Source of the DNA: an uncultured Francisella sp.
Lineage (GTDB): Bacteria; Pseudomonadota; Gammaproteobacteria; Thiomicrospirales; Thiomicrospiraceae
Assembly (NCBI GenBank): GCA_964646525.1
Contig: CAZYER010000001.1
Span: 14,719-78,718, forward strand
Length of the DNA stretch: 64,000 nucleotides
Direction: 5' to 3'
Shown: positions 42,384 through 51,788 of the stretch, piece after piece
Layout: each line of letters starts with the position of its first letter
Numbering within the stretch: the stretch's first letter is position 1
Translations under genes and position numbers: made by a program
The notes under the pieces: model-generated
Told to the model about the DNA's origin: nothing
Databases searched by the model: none
The model's input: only the letters and a program-made list of their open reading frames with translations

Positions 42384-44138
42384 TCACTTTTTACGGTGTT
42401 TCGGCGCAATCAAGTCGGTAATCGTGCCTTCTGCCATTTCAGCGGCAAAAGCAAAGGTTTCCGACAAGGTAGGATGAGGATGAATGGTTAAGGCAATATC
42501 CGCCATATCTGCACCCATTTCTAAGGCTAAAGAAGCTTCCGCTACCAACTCACCCGCATTTGGACCCGTCATAGCAGCACCCAATAAACGATGAGTTTTG
42601 GCATCAAAAATGGCTTTACTCATACCTTCATCACGACCCAAGCTGAGACTACGACCCGATGCCGCCCAAGGGAATACACCGACTTCGATCTCAAAGCCTT
42701 TTTCCTTAGCCTCGCGCTCGGTCATACCAACCCAAGCTACTTCAGGATCAGTATAAGCCACCGACGGAATACTGACTGGCGTAAATGCCGACGGTAATCC
42801 ACAAATCACCTCTGCAGCGACCTTACCTTCATGCACCGCTTTGTGCGCTAACATAGGCTGACCAATAATGTCGCCAATGGCATAGATATGATTGACATTG
42901 GTTTTTTGACGCTGGTCGGCAGGGATAAAGCCACGATCAGTCACCGTCACCCCTGCTTTATCCGCATCAATCATCGCACCATTGGGCGCACGACCCACCG
43001 CTACTAAAACGGCATCAAAATCTTCTTGCCAAGTTTTATCACCTTCGCCGACAAAAGTCACCGTTAAGGCTTCTGGTTTAGCTTCAACGGCCGTCACTTT
43101 CGTTTTTAAGTGAATGGCTTTGTACTTAGGTTTGATGCGTTTAACCAATGGGCGTACCATGTCAGGATCAGCACCAGGAATGAGTTGATCCATCAATTCA
43201 ACCACGGTAATTTCCGAACCTAAAGCACCATAAACTTGTGCCATTTCTAGCCCAATAATACCACCACCCAAAATCAGTAAGCGTGGCGGAATGTTCTGCA
43301 AATTCAAAGCATCAGTCGAATCCCACACACGAGGATCATCATGCGGGATAAACGGCAATTTAATGACTCGAGAGCCAGCGGCAATAATCGCCTGTTGAAA
43401 ACGAATGGTTTTAACCGCTCCCTCTTTGTCTGTCACGGCCAAGGTATGACTATCGACAAACCTGCCAAAACCATGAACCACTTGCACCTTACGTTGCTTG
43501 GCTAAGCCCATTAGCCCTGTGGTCAGTTTTTTGATAACGCTTTCCTTGAAACCGCGCATTTTATCGATGTCGATTTGTGGTTCGCCAAAGGTAATACCAT
43601 GCGCGCCCATTCCCTTGGTTTCATTAAGAATGTGCGACATGTGCAGTAGCGTTTTGGAAGGAATACAGCCGACGTTCAGACAAACACCACCGATCACATC
43701 GTAACGCTCGACCAATATCACTTGTTTACCCAAGTCTGCCGCACGGAAAGCGGCGGTATAACCACCGGGACCACCACCCAATACCAAAACTTGGCAATGC
43801 ATATCGGCATCACCTGATACCGCTACTGCCGTTGATGCAACCGATGCCACTGTCTGTGTTGCCGTTTGCTTCTCAACTTCCGTCAACTTAGCCGCAGCGG
43901 AACTGGCCATTTTGCCGATCACCACACCCGTATTGATGACATCCCCTACCTTCACCGTCAGACTTTCAATTTTTCCAGAATGAGGGCTTGGAATCTCCAT
44001 CGTTGCTTTGTCGCTCTCTAGGGTGATCAACGGCTGATCAATCGACACATCCTCACCGGCACTAACCAGAATCTCAATAACACGAACGTCTTTAAAATCA
44101 CCCAAGTCAGGAATTTTAATATCAATAATTTGACCCAT
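42384..44138 (-). CDS. lpdA: Dihydrolipoyl dehydrogenase (E3) with N-terminal lipoyl domain
   Basis: Lipoyl motif LESDKATMEIPSP in the first ~77 aa, followed by FAD fold GGGPGGY, the redox disulfide GGVCLNVGCIPSK and a C-terminal HPHPTLSE. Confidence 0.93.
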   Translation of the reverse strand: MGQIIDIKIPDLGDFKDVRVIEILVSAGEDVSIDQPLITLESDKATMEIPSPHSGKIESLTVKVGDVINTGVVIGKMASSAAAKLTEVEKQTATQTVASVASTAVAVSGDADMHCQVLVLGGGPGGYTAAFRAADLGKQVILVERYDVIGGVCLNVGCIPSKTLLHMSHILNETKGMGAHGITFGEPQIDIDKMRGFKESVIKKLTTGLMGLAKQRKVQVVHGFGRFVDSHTLAVTDKEGAVKTIRFQQAIIAAGSRVIKLPFIPHDDPRVWDSTDALNLQNIPPRLLILGGGIIGLEMAQVYGALGSEITVVELMDQLIPGADPDMVRPLVKRIKPKYKAIHLKTKVTAVEAKPEALTVTFVGEGDKTWQEDFDAVLVAVGRAPNGAMIDADKAGVTVTDRGFIPADQRQKTNVNHIYAIGDIIGQPMLAHKAVHEGKVAAEVICGLPSAFTPVSIPSVAYTDPEVAWVGMTEREAKEKGFEIEVGVFPWAASGRSLSLGRDEGMSKAIFDAKTHRLLGAAMTGPNAGELVAEASLALEMGADMADIALTIHPHPTLSETFAFAAEMAEGTITDLIAPKHRKK

Positions 44139-44153
44139 TATGTTATTCGCTCC

Positions 44154-45467
44154 TTACAACAGCAATTGACGAATATCGGTCAACATTTGACCCAAATAAC
44201 TGGTAAAGCGAACACCTTGTGCACCGTCAATGACACGATGGTCATAAGACATGGAGAAAGGCATCATCAAGCGCGGTTCAAAGCTTGAACCATTCCATAC
44301 AGGTTGCATTTTCGCTTTAGAAACACCCAAAATCGCCACTTCAGGTGCATTAACGATCGGCGTAAACTGAGTACCACCAATACCACCCAGGCTAGAAATC
44401 GAGAAAGTCGCTCCCGACATATCAGCAGGTGACAACTTACCTTCACGCGCTTTATGGCTCAGCTCTTTTAGGGCTTCTGCCAATTCCCATACCGATTTTT
44501 TATCGGCATCACGAATGACCGGGACAACCAATCCATTCGGTGTATCAACCGCCACACCAATATGGTAATACTGCTTAACAATCAAGCTTTCACCATCAGC
44601 GGACAGTGACGCGTTAACGTGCGGGAACTTTTTCAAGGCAGCAACAGCCGCTTTAATAACAAAAATCAACGGAGTAACGCCAACACCACGCGCCTTCGCC
44701 TGCTCTTTTAAGCTGGTACGGAAAGCTTCCATTTCGGTAATATCACATTCATCGAACTGGGTTACATGCGGCACATTTAACCAGCAAGCATGTAAATGCT
44801 TACCCGAAATTTTCTTAATACGGGACAAGGGTTCAACGCTAATTTCACCAAAGTCAGCGAAATTAGGCTGTTTGATAGATGGGATACCCATACCACCCGT
44901 TGCACCAGCGGCATTCGGTAAGGCTTTAGCGCCCGACATCACGCCTTTAACAAAGCCTTGTACGTCATCTTTGCTAATACGACCTTTAACACCAGTGCCT
45001 GTCACTAGGGACAAATCCACCCCCAACTCACGGGCAAACAAACGCACCGAAGGGCTAGCATGAGCCTTAGCACCCGCCACGGGCGCGTTAATCGGTTTTT
45101 CTGCCAAGGCCACTGGCATAACAGTTGCTGGCGCTTGCGTCGCCGCTGGCACAGACGTTGCTACCGCAGGGAGCGTTGGCGCTGGCGTGGGTTGAGGTGC
45201 TGGCGCTACCTTAACGGCAACAGCGGACTCATCGGCTTCCACCTCCGCAATCAGCACGCCCGTGGCAACCTTATCGCCTACCTTCACTTTTAAGCTGACA
45301 ATTTTACCCGCCATTGGTGATGGAATTTCCATGGTCGCTTTGTCACTTTCTAATACCAACAAGGCATCATCAATGGCAACCACATCGCCTTCTTTCACTA
45401 AAATTTCGATGACATCGACACCTTTAAAGTCACCGATATCTGGGAGAAGCATTGGTTTAATAGACAT
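44154..45467 (-). CDS. aceF: Pyruvate dehydrogenase E2 dihydrolipoyllysine acetyltransferase (single lipoyl domain)
   Basis: Lipoyl domain (LESDKATMEIPSP), an Ala/Pro linker, a subunit-binding domain and a catalytic domain with DHRVIDG. Confidence 0.93.
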   Translation of the reverse strand: MSIKPMLLPDIGDFKGVDVIEILVKEGDVVAIDDALLVLESDKATMEIPSPMAGKIVSLKVKVGDKVATGVLIAEVEADESAVAVKVAPAPQPTPAPTLPAVATSVPAATQAPATVMPVALAEKPINAPVAGAKAHASPSVRLFARELGVDLSLVTGTGVKGRISKDDVQGFVKGVMSGAKALPNAAGATGGMGIPSIKQPNFADFGEISVEPLSRIKKISGKHLHACWLNVPHVTQFDECDITEMEAFRTSLKEQAKARGVGVTPLIFVIKAAVAALKKFPHVNASLSADGESLIVKQYYHIGVAVDTPNGLVVPVIRDADKKSVWELAEALKELSHKAREGKLSPADMSGATFSISSLGGIGGTQFTPIVNAPEVAILGVSKAKMQPVWNGSSFEPRLMMPFSMSYDHRVIDGAQGVRFTSYLGQMLTDIRQLLL

Positions 45468-45482
45468 ATTGCATCCTCCCCT

Positions 45483-48140
45483 TTAAAGTGTCCAAGGCGC
45501 GGGTTTATCCGCATCAATACCATAACGAGAAATGGCATCAGCGACCATTTGAGCGGGCACTTCGCCGCGATCAGCCAAGGCCTTAAGTGTTGCAATAACA
45601 ACATAATGCGCATTGACTTCAAAGAATTGACGCAACTGAGCGCGTGTATCCGAACGACCGTAACCGTCTGTACCCAAGACAACAAAATCACCTGGAATGA
45701 AGGCACGGACTTGATCGGCATAAGCACGCAAGTAGTCTGTTGCCGCGATCACCGGTCCTTCACTGCCAGCTAACTGTTTGGTAATGAAAGGCACACGCTT
45801 GTGTTCTAACGGATGCAAGGTATTCCAACGCTCACACTCATCACCGTCTCGTTTGAGTAAATTGAAGCTAGTTGCCGACCAAACGTCCGCTTGTACGCCC
45901 CAATCTTGCGCCAACAACTCAGCCGCTTTAATCACTTCACGTAAAATCGTACCCGAACCCATTAACTGCGCTCTTGGACCATCGCCACTCGCTTCCGATA
46001 AACGGTACAAACCTTGAATGATCTGATCTTCTACGCCTACAGGCATAGCAGGATGCTCATAGTTTTCGTTCATCACCGTAACATAGTAGAATACTTTGTC
46101 TTTTTCGGCTGTCATACGACGTAGGCCATCTTGAATAATGACCGCCAATTCGTAAGCAAAGGTCGGATCATAAGTCATACAGTTAGGTACTTGACCAAAC
46201 TGAATCAGGTTGTGACCATCTTGATGCTGTAGGCCTTCACCCGCTAAGGTCGTACGACCAGCAGTACCGCCTAGCATAAAGCCACGTGCTTGGGAATCGC
46301 CTGCTGCCCACACCAAATCCCCAATGCGTTGGAAGCCAAACATCGAGTAATAAATATAGAAAGGCACCATCGCCACACCATGATTGGCGTAGCTTGTTGC
46401 TGCTGCAATCCAAGATGACATTGCACCCGCTTCATTAATGCCTTCTTGTAAAACCTGACCATTCTGCGCTTGTTTGTACCACATTACTTGGTCTGCATCG
46501 ACTGGCTCGTACAACTGACCCGCAGGATCATAAATACCCACTTGACGGAACAGCCCTTCCATACCGAAAGTACGTGCTTCGTCGGGAATAATCGGCACCA
46601 CGCGTGGACCAACGGCTTTGTCGCGCAACAGCACCGCCAAAATACGCACAAACGCCATCGTGGTCGACATAGTGCGCTCGCCCGTTCCTTGCAACAAGGC
46701 ATCAAAAGCCGACAACTCTGGTACAGGCAAGGTTTCAGAACGATCCTGACGGGATGGCAGGTAGCCGCCCAGAGCAGCACGACGTTCATGTAAATATTTC
46801 ATCACCGCTGAATCGTCTTGTGGCTTATAGAAAGGCACATTGTCCAGTTCGCTGTCTGAAATAGGAATACTAAAACGATCACGGAAATGACGTAATCCGT
46901 TAATATCCAACTTTTTCTGTTGGTGAGCAGCCATCGCACCTTCACCATACTCACCCATACCATACCCCTTAACCGTATGGGCTAGGATCACAGTGGGCTG
47001 ACCTTGATGTTCGGTTGCCTGTTTGTAGGCCGCATAAATCTTACGCGGATCATGTCCACCACGCGATAGCTTAAAGATTTCATCGTCTGACATATCTTTA
47101 ACGAGATCAGCTGTTTCTGGATACTTACCAAAGAAATGCTCGCGAACGTATGCAGGACCGCGCGCTTTGTAAGCTTGATACTCGCCATCAACCACTTCCA
47201 TCATGCGCTGCATTAACTTACCAGACTTGTCGCGCGCTAATAAACCATCCCACTCACTGCCCCAAACGACTTTTAAGACATTCCAACCAGCACCACGGAA
47301 GTTACCCTCTAGCTCTTGAATGATTTTACCGTTACCACGTACAGGACCGTCTAGGCGTTGCAAGTTACAATTGACCACAAAAATCAGATTATCCAGCTTT
47401 TCACGATGCGCTAAAGCAATCGCGCCTTGAGATTCTGGTTCATCCATTTCGCCATCACCCAAGAATGCCCAAACTTTACGACCCGTCGCATCAATCAAAC
47501 CACGCGCATGCATATATTTCATGAAACGTGCTTGGTAAATCGCCATCAACGGCCCTAAGCCCATCGAAACAGTCGGGAACTGCCAAAAGTCGGGCATCAA
47601 CCAAGGATGCGGATAAGAAGACAATCCAGGAGCTGCCACTTCTTGACGGAAACGACCCAAATCTTCCTCACTCAAACGACCTTCCATAAAGGCACGCGAA
47701 TACATACCAGGTGAAGTGTGACCTTGGAAGAAAATCATGTCCGCGCCAGTTGGCGCATCAGGACCTTTGAAAAAGTGGTTAAAACCCACTTCATAAAGTG
47801 TTGCGCTAGAAGCAAAAGAAGCAATATGACCACCCAACTCGGTCGATAAACGATTGGCTTTTACCACCATCGCCATCGCATTCCAGCGAATCAATGAACG
47901 TAGACGACCTTCAATTTCTTGATCGCCCGGATAAGCTGTTTGTTGCTCAGCGGGAATGGTGTTGATGTAAGGGGTATTAGCACTGTAAAGTGTATCAATA
48001 CCATATTTACGCGCGTGAGCGATCAGGCTATTGATGAGATGTTGTGCTTTCTCCGTCCCTTCAAACTCCACCACCGACGCAAGGGCATCCAACCACTCTT
48101 GCGTTTCTTGTGGATCAAGGTCAACAAAGGTTTCGCTCAT
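45483..48140 (-). CDS. aceE: Pyruvate dehydrogenase E1 component (homodimeric type)
   Basis: 885 aa with a ThDP motif region (GDGEMDEPE) and collinear similarity to E. coli AceE. Confidence 0.96.
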   Translation of the reverse strand: MSETFVDLDPQETQEWLDALASVVEFEGTEKAQHLINSLIAHARKYGIDTLYSANTPYINTIPAEQQTAYPGDQEIEGRLRSLIRWNAMAMVVKANRLSTELGGHIASFASSATLYEVGFNHFFKGPDAPTGADMIFFQGHTSPGMYSRAFMEGRLSEEDLGRFRQEVAAPGLSSYPHPWLMPDFWQFPTVSMGLGPLMAIYQARFMKYMHARGLIDATGRKVWAFLGDGEMDEPESQGAIALAHREKLDNLIFVVNCNLQRLDGPVRGNGKIIQELEGNFRGAGWNVLKVVWGSEWDGLLARDKSGKLMQRMMEVVDGEYQAYKARGPAYVREHFFGKYPETADLVKDMSDDEIFKLSRGGHDPRKIYAAYKQATEHQGQPTVILAHTVKGYGMGEYGEGAMAAHQQKKLDINGLRHFRDRFSIPISDSELDNVPFYKPQDDSAVMKYLHERRAALGGYLPSRQDRSETLPVPELSAFDALLQGTGERTMSTTMAFVRILAVLLRDKAVGPRVVPIIPDEARTFGMEGLFRQVGIYDPAGQLYEPVDADQVMWYKQAQNGQVLQEGINEAGAMSSWIAAATSYANHGVAMVPFYIYYSMFGFQRIGDLVWAAGDSQARGFMLGGTAGRTTLAGEGLQHQDGHNLIQFGQVPNCMTYDPTFAYELAVIIQDGLRRMTAEKDKVFYYVTVMNENYEHPAMPVGVEDQIIQGLYRLSEASGDGPRAQLMGSGTILREVIKAAELLAQDWGVQADVWSATSFNLLKRDGDECERWNTLHPLEHKRVPFITKQLAGSEGPVIAATDYLRAYADQVRAFIPGDFVVLGTDGYGRSDTRAQLRQFFEVNAHYVVIATLKALADRGEVPAQMVADAISRYGIDADKPAPWTL

Positions 48141-48281
48141 ATTTCTTCCTCATGGGGTCATGAAAATTAACACACCACGAACAAACGCAGACGGGTAAGT
48201 CAGGCAGGCATGCGCTATGAGCCAGCCCTTTTATGCGCCCATTCATGGCAAAATGGTTTTAATATGATACCAGATATCCTA

Positions 48282-48944
48282 CTAAACTTCCCGTAGAGAC
48301 ATGATTGGCCAAGCCTGCAATTGTGCATATTCACGCAAAACATCGTCAGGATCAACGGCAACGGGATGATTAACCTGTTGTAATAAAGGCAAATCATTAC
48401 GCGAGTCAGAATAGAACCAGGTTTCAGAGGGCGCGAAGCCTTTTTGCGCTAACCATTGTTGCAAGCGCTGAATTTTTCCTTCTTGAAAACTGGGGATACC
48501 GACCACATCACCTAAGACATGCCCGAACTCATCAAAGTCGGGATCAGTAGCAATAATTTCATCGATTCCCAACCATCGCACAATCGGTTCGGTAATAAAG
48601 CGATTGGTTGCGGTAATGACCAACAGCTGATGTCCTTGGGAACGATGTTGCTCAATCAAGGCAAAGGCTTTGGGCAAGGCCAGAGGTTCAATGACCGTTT
48701 GCATAAACTCTTGATGTAAGGCTCTGAGTTCAGCAACCGGAATACCCACCAACGGCGCTAAAGCAAAACGCTGATAGGCAATAATATCCAACTGACCCGA
48801 CTTATAATCCTCATAAAATGCAGCATTTTGAGCGGCATAAGCTTGTGCATCGACCAAGCCCTTACGCACGACAAACTCGCCCCATTCGTAATCACTATCC
48901 CCTCCAATCAGGGTGTTATCTAAATCAAAAATGGCTAATTTCAT
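48282..48944 (-). CDS. HAD-IB family hydrolase (SerB-like subfamily)
   Basis: DLDNTL motif I, TATN motif II and SDSRNDLPLL motif IV. Confidence 0.7.
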   Translation of the reverse strand: MKLAIFDLDNTLIGGDSDYEWGEFVVRKGLVDAQAYAAQNAAFYEDYKSGQLDIIAYQRFALAPLVGIPVAELRALHQEFMQTVIEPLALPKAFALIEQHRSQGHQLLVITATNRFITEPIVRWLGIDEIIATDPDFDEFGHVLGDVVGIPSFQEGKIQRLQQWLAQKGFAPSETWFYSDSRNDLPLLQQVNHPVAVDPDDVLREYAQLQAWPIMSLREV

Positions 48945-49136
48945 ACCTTGCTACCCACAATTCTAATAATTAGGGTGCATGCTATACCATCTTGCGATGC
49001 AAGAAAACGCTTTTCTAAAATGGATTGCACTAACTTGATAAGGATACGACGAAAATGCAACTTCCCATTCCATCAACAATACTTTATGATGAACCTGTAC
49101 CACCATTAATAACACTTGATCAAGAGGGCTAATATC

Positions 49137-49409
49137 ATGTTGAAACCATTAATTTTTACAGGCATTTGCTTAAGCATTAGCGCACCCAGCTTCGCCAATA
49201 GTGATCATGCCAAAAAACTCATTCAAACCAACTGCGTCAGCTGTCACCAAGCCGACATTTACAAACGTGACAACCGCAAGGTAAAAAACCTAAACAGCTT
49301 GGCGACTTTTGTTGAGAACTGTAATACACAAACGGCTGCTGGCTGGTTCCCAGAAGATGTTGATGCGGTGGTTAAGTACCTAAACGCAAACTATTACAAA
49401 TTTAAGTAA
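49137..49409 (+). CDS. Small periplasmic c-type cytochrome
   Basis: Signal peptide (ISAPSFA) and a single CVSCH haem-binding motif. A GAGGG RBS lies upstream of the ATG at 49137. Confidence 0.65.
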   Translation: MLKPLIFTGICLSISAPSFANSDHAKKLIQTNCVSCHQADIYKRDNRKVKNLNSLATFVENCNTQTAAGWFPEDVDAVVKYLNANYYKFK

Positions 49410-49420
49410 GACCAACCACA

Positions 49421-49450
49421 AAAAAAGCCAGCAAATACGCTGGCTTTTTT
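49421..49450. terminator. Bidirectional rho-independent terminator (cytochrome c / rluB)
   Basis: AAAAAAGCCAGC-AAATAC-GCTGGCTTTTTT. Confidence 0.7.
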
Positions 49451-49477
49451 ACATCCTGTTTCGTTGATTAACTCACA

Positions 49478-50536
49478 TCAATCAATATAGTCGTCATCGT
49501 TATCCCGCCACGTCTTACGAGATACAGGTTTGCGACTGAGCGTTGTTCTAGTTTGTGATTGCACCTTTCCCTGCTCAACAGCAACCATTTTACGAGGTGT
49601 CGGTAAGCTACTGCGTTGACGAACTTCCGATCCATTCGAACGTGAATTACGGCGCTGTGATAACCCTCCTTCCCTATCAGCGGAAGCCTCATTCCGATCA
49701 TCTTTCTTGCTGTAAGGAGCAAATGCCATACGAGTGCCATCTCTGTTAAATGGACGTGCTGCTTTACGTGGCTCTGGTGCTTCCATTTTAGGCAAGTCCA
49801 CCATAGTCAAGAGTCCATTAATTTGCTCTAAACTGGCTGGCATGGTTTTACCCTGACGCAAGGTTTTCGGTAAGCTGATATTACCAAAGGCAATACGCTT
49901 CAAACGACTCACTTGCACGCCTTGGCTTTCCCACAAGCGACGCACTTCACGATTGCGACCTTCGAGCAAAGTAACCTTGTACCAACGGTTGATACTGTCC
50001 GTCAGTTCAAAAGATTTCAAGGGTTCTAGCTTGTCAAAATTCGCCATACCATCATCCAAGGGAACACCTTGAACCAACTTGTCTAAAATATCTTTTGATA
50101 CCTCACCAAAAACACGCACTAGGTAAGCTCTTTCAATGGCCTTTGAAGGATGCATGAGACGATTGGCCAATTCACCATTATTGGTTAACAATAGCAAACC
50201 CGTCGTATTGACGTCCAAACGACCAACAGCAATCCAACGCCCCGACTTTGGCTTAGGCAAACGCGCAAAAATGGTGTCACGCCCTTGCTCATCCGAACGC
50301 GTAACCAGTTCATTTTCAGGCTTATTGTATAAAATAACTTCGGTAACTGGGACAGCTAACTCTTGTGGCGATAAGCGACGACCGCGTACCTGCAACTGAT
50401 CCTTTTCGCTAACGCGATCACCCAACTTAGCAACCTGACCGTTCACCTTAACGAAACCTGCACTAATCCACGCTTCAATTTCACGCCTTGATCCTAAGCC
50501 TGCTCGCGCCAAGACTTTTTGTAATTTCTCATCCAT
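49478..50536 (-). CDS. rluB: 23S rRNA pseudouridine synthase RluB
   Basis: N-terminal S4 domain (LQKVLARAGLGSRREIE), catalytic GRLDVNTTGLLL and a long basic C-terminal tail. Confidence 0.85.
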   Translation of the reverse strand: MDEKLQKVLARAGLGSRREIEAWISAGFVKVNGQVAKLGDRVSEKDQLQVRGRRLSPQELAVPVTEVILYNKPENELVTRSDEQGRDTIFARLPKPKSGRWIAVGRLDVNTTGLLLLTNNGELANRLMHPSKAIERAYLVRVFGEVSKDILDKLVQGVPLDDGMANFDKLEPLKSFELTDSINRWYKVTLLEGRNREVRRLWESQGVQVSRLKRIAFGNISLPKTLRQGKTMPASLEQINGLLTMVDLPKMEAPEPRKAARPFNRDGTRMAFAPYSKKDDRNEASADREGGLSQRRNSRSNGSEVRQRSSLPTPRKMVAVEQGKVQSQTRTTLSRKPVSRKTWRDNDDDYID

Positions 50537-50550
50537 CGCTATTTTTTTCC

Positions 50551-51159
50551 TTACAACTTTCCAGCACCCTGACGAATGATTTCCGCTTCGCCACTGGTTA
50601 AATCTACCACGGTTGTCGGCTCATGCCCTACCCAACCTGAATCGATGATGCCATCAATCTGTGCTCCAATGCGTTCTTCAATGGTATCTGCATCAACCAA
50701 AGGCCAATCTTCATCAGGCATAATTAAACTGACGCTCAGCAGAGGACCTGCCAATTCTGCCAACAATGCCTGCACTACCTTGTAATCAGGAACGCGAAGT
50801 CCAATGGTACTGCGCTTGGGATGCCATAAGCGTTTAGGCACATCTTTCGTCGCCGCTAAAATAATCGTAAAGGCACCTGGTGTCATGCTTTTTAGCATAC
50901 GAAAAACGCGATTATCTACCTGAGCATACTGACTTAAATGCGATAAGTCTTTACAAACTAGTGTAAAGTGATGGGTTTCGGATAAAGCACGAATGCGACG
51001 AATACGTTCTACTGCTTCTTTACTGTCAAGACAACAACCCAGAGCATAACCTGAATCTGTGGGATAAGCGATTACCCCCCCTTTTTGCAAACACTGCGTC
51101 GCTTGCAACAACAAGCGCTGTTGCGGATTGTCTGGATGAACTTGCCAACGCTGAGGCAT
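50551..51159 (-). CDS. yciO: Sua5/YciO/YrdC family protein (YciO-like)
   Basis: YrdC fold motifs (YPTDSGYALGC, KRSTIGLRVPD). At 202 aa it has no Sua5 C-terminal domain. Confidence 0.7.
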   Translation of the reverse strand: MPQRWQVHPDNPQQRLLLQATQCLQKGGVIAYPTDSGYALGCCLDSKEAVERIRRIRALSETHHFTLVCKDLSHLSQYAQVDNRVFRMLKSMTPGAFTIILAATKDVPKRLWHPKRSTIGLRVPDYKVVQALLAELAGPLLSVSLIMPDEDWPLVDADTIEERIGAQIDGIIDSGWVGHEPTTVVDLTSGEAEIIRQGAGKL

Positions 51160-51283
51160 AACAGACGACTCACTCTCTATATCAATAATTTATTTTGATG
51201 TGTATTATAGCTTGAAGCTCATCTAAACGCTTGACCTAGTTGATCTATTACTGACATATTGTCATGAAACAACCCTAGGAGTA

Positions 51284-51760
51284 ATGAAAATGACCCTTTC
51301 CGTTAACCATGCACTTCCCGCCTTTTCTGTTTCTGTTTACCCAGAACAAACCCTTACCCAAGACAATTTTAAAGGTCATTGGACCGTACTTTATTTTTAT
51401 CCACGCGATGACACACCGGGTTGTACGCAAGAAAGTTTAGCTTTTCAAGAACGTCTGAGTGATTTTGAAGCCTTATCAACGGCTATTATTGGCGTATCAC
51501 GTGATGACATGAAATCACACGAGAAGTTTTCGCATAAATTTAACCTAACCTTTCCATTGATTTGTGATACTGATGAGCAACTATGTCAGCTTTTTGCAGT
51601 TTTGAAAGAAAAAACTAACTATGGCAAAAAATACATAGGTATTGAACGCAGCACCTTCTTGATTGATCCAGAAGGCGTTGTGCGCCACGAATGGCGTAAA
51701 GTGAGCGTACCAGAACACGTTGAAGCAGTACTCGCACAACTGAAACAACTGATGACATAA
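51284..51760 (+). CDS. bcp: Thiol peroxidase Bcp (peroxiredoxin)
   Basis: Peroxidatic Cys context YFYPRDDTPGCTQE. The start may be the second ATG at 51290. Confidence 0.88.
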   Translation: MKMTLSVNHALPAFSVSVYPEQTLTQDNFKGHWTVLYFYPRDDTPGCTQESLAFQERLSDFEALSTAIIGVSRDDMKSHEKFSHKFNLTFPLICDTDEQLCQLFAVLKEKTNYGKKYIGIERSTFLIDPEGVVRHEWRKVSVPEHVEAVLAQLKQLMT

Positions 51761-51788
51761 TTTGTGATGACTAACTAGGAGCGACTCG

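Noticed and set aside
48141-48281. PdhR-type operator upstream of aceE
   Set aside because: I could not find the ATTGGT-N3-ACCAAT palindrome, and no pdhR gene precedes aceE here.
49055-49132. 25-codon upstream ORF (MQLPIPSTILYDEPVPPLITLDQEG) ending 5 nt before the cytochrome c start
   Set aside because: It has only a weak AGGA upstream and no regulatory logic I can tie to it. A short ORF in an AT-rich spacer is expected by chance. It would need conservation or ribosome-profiling data.
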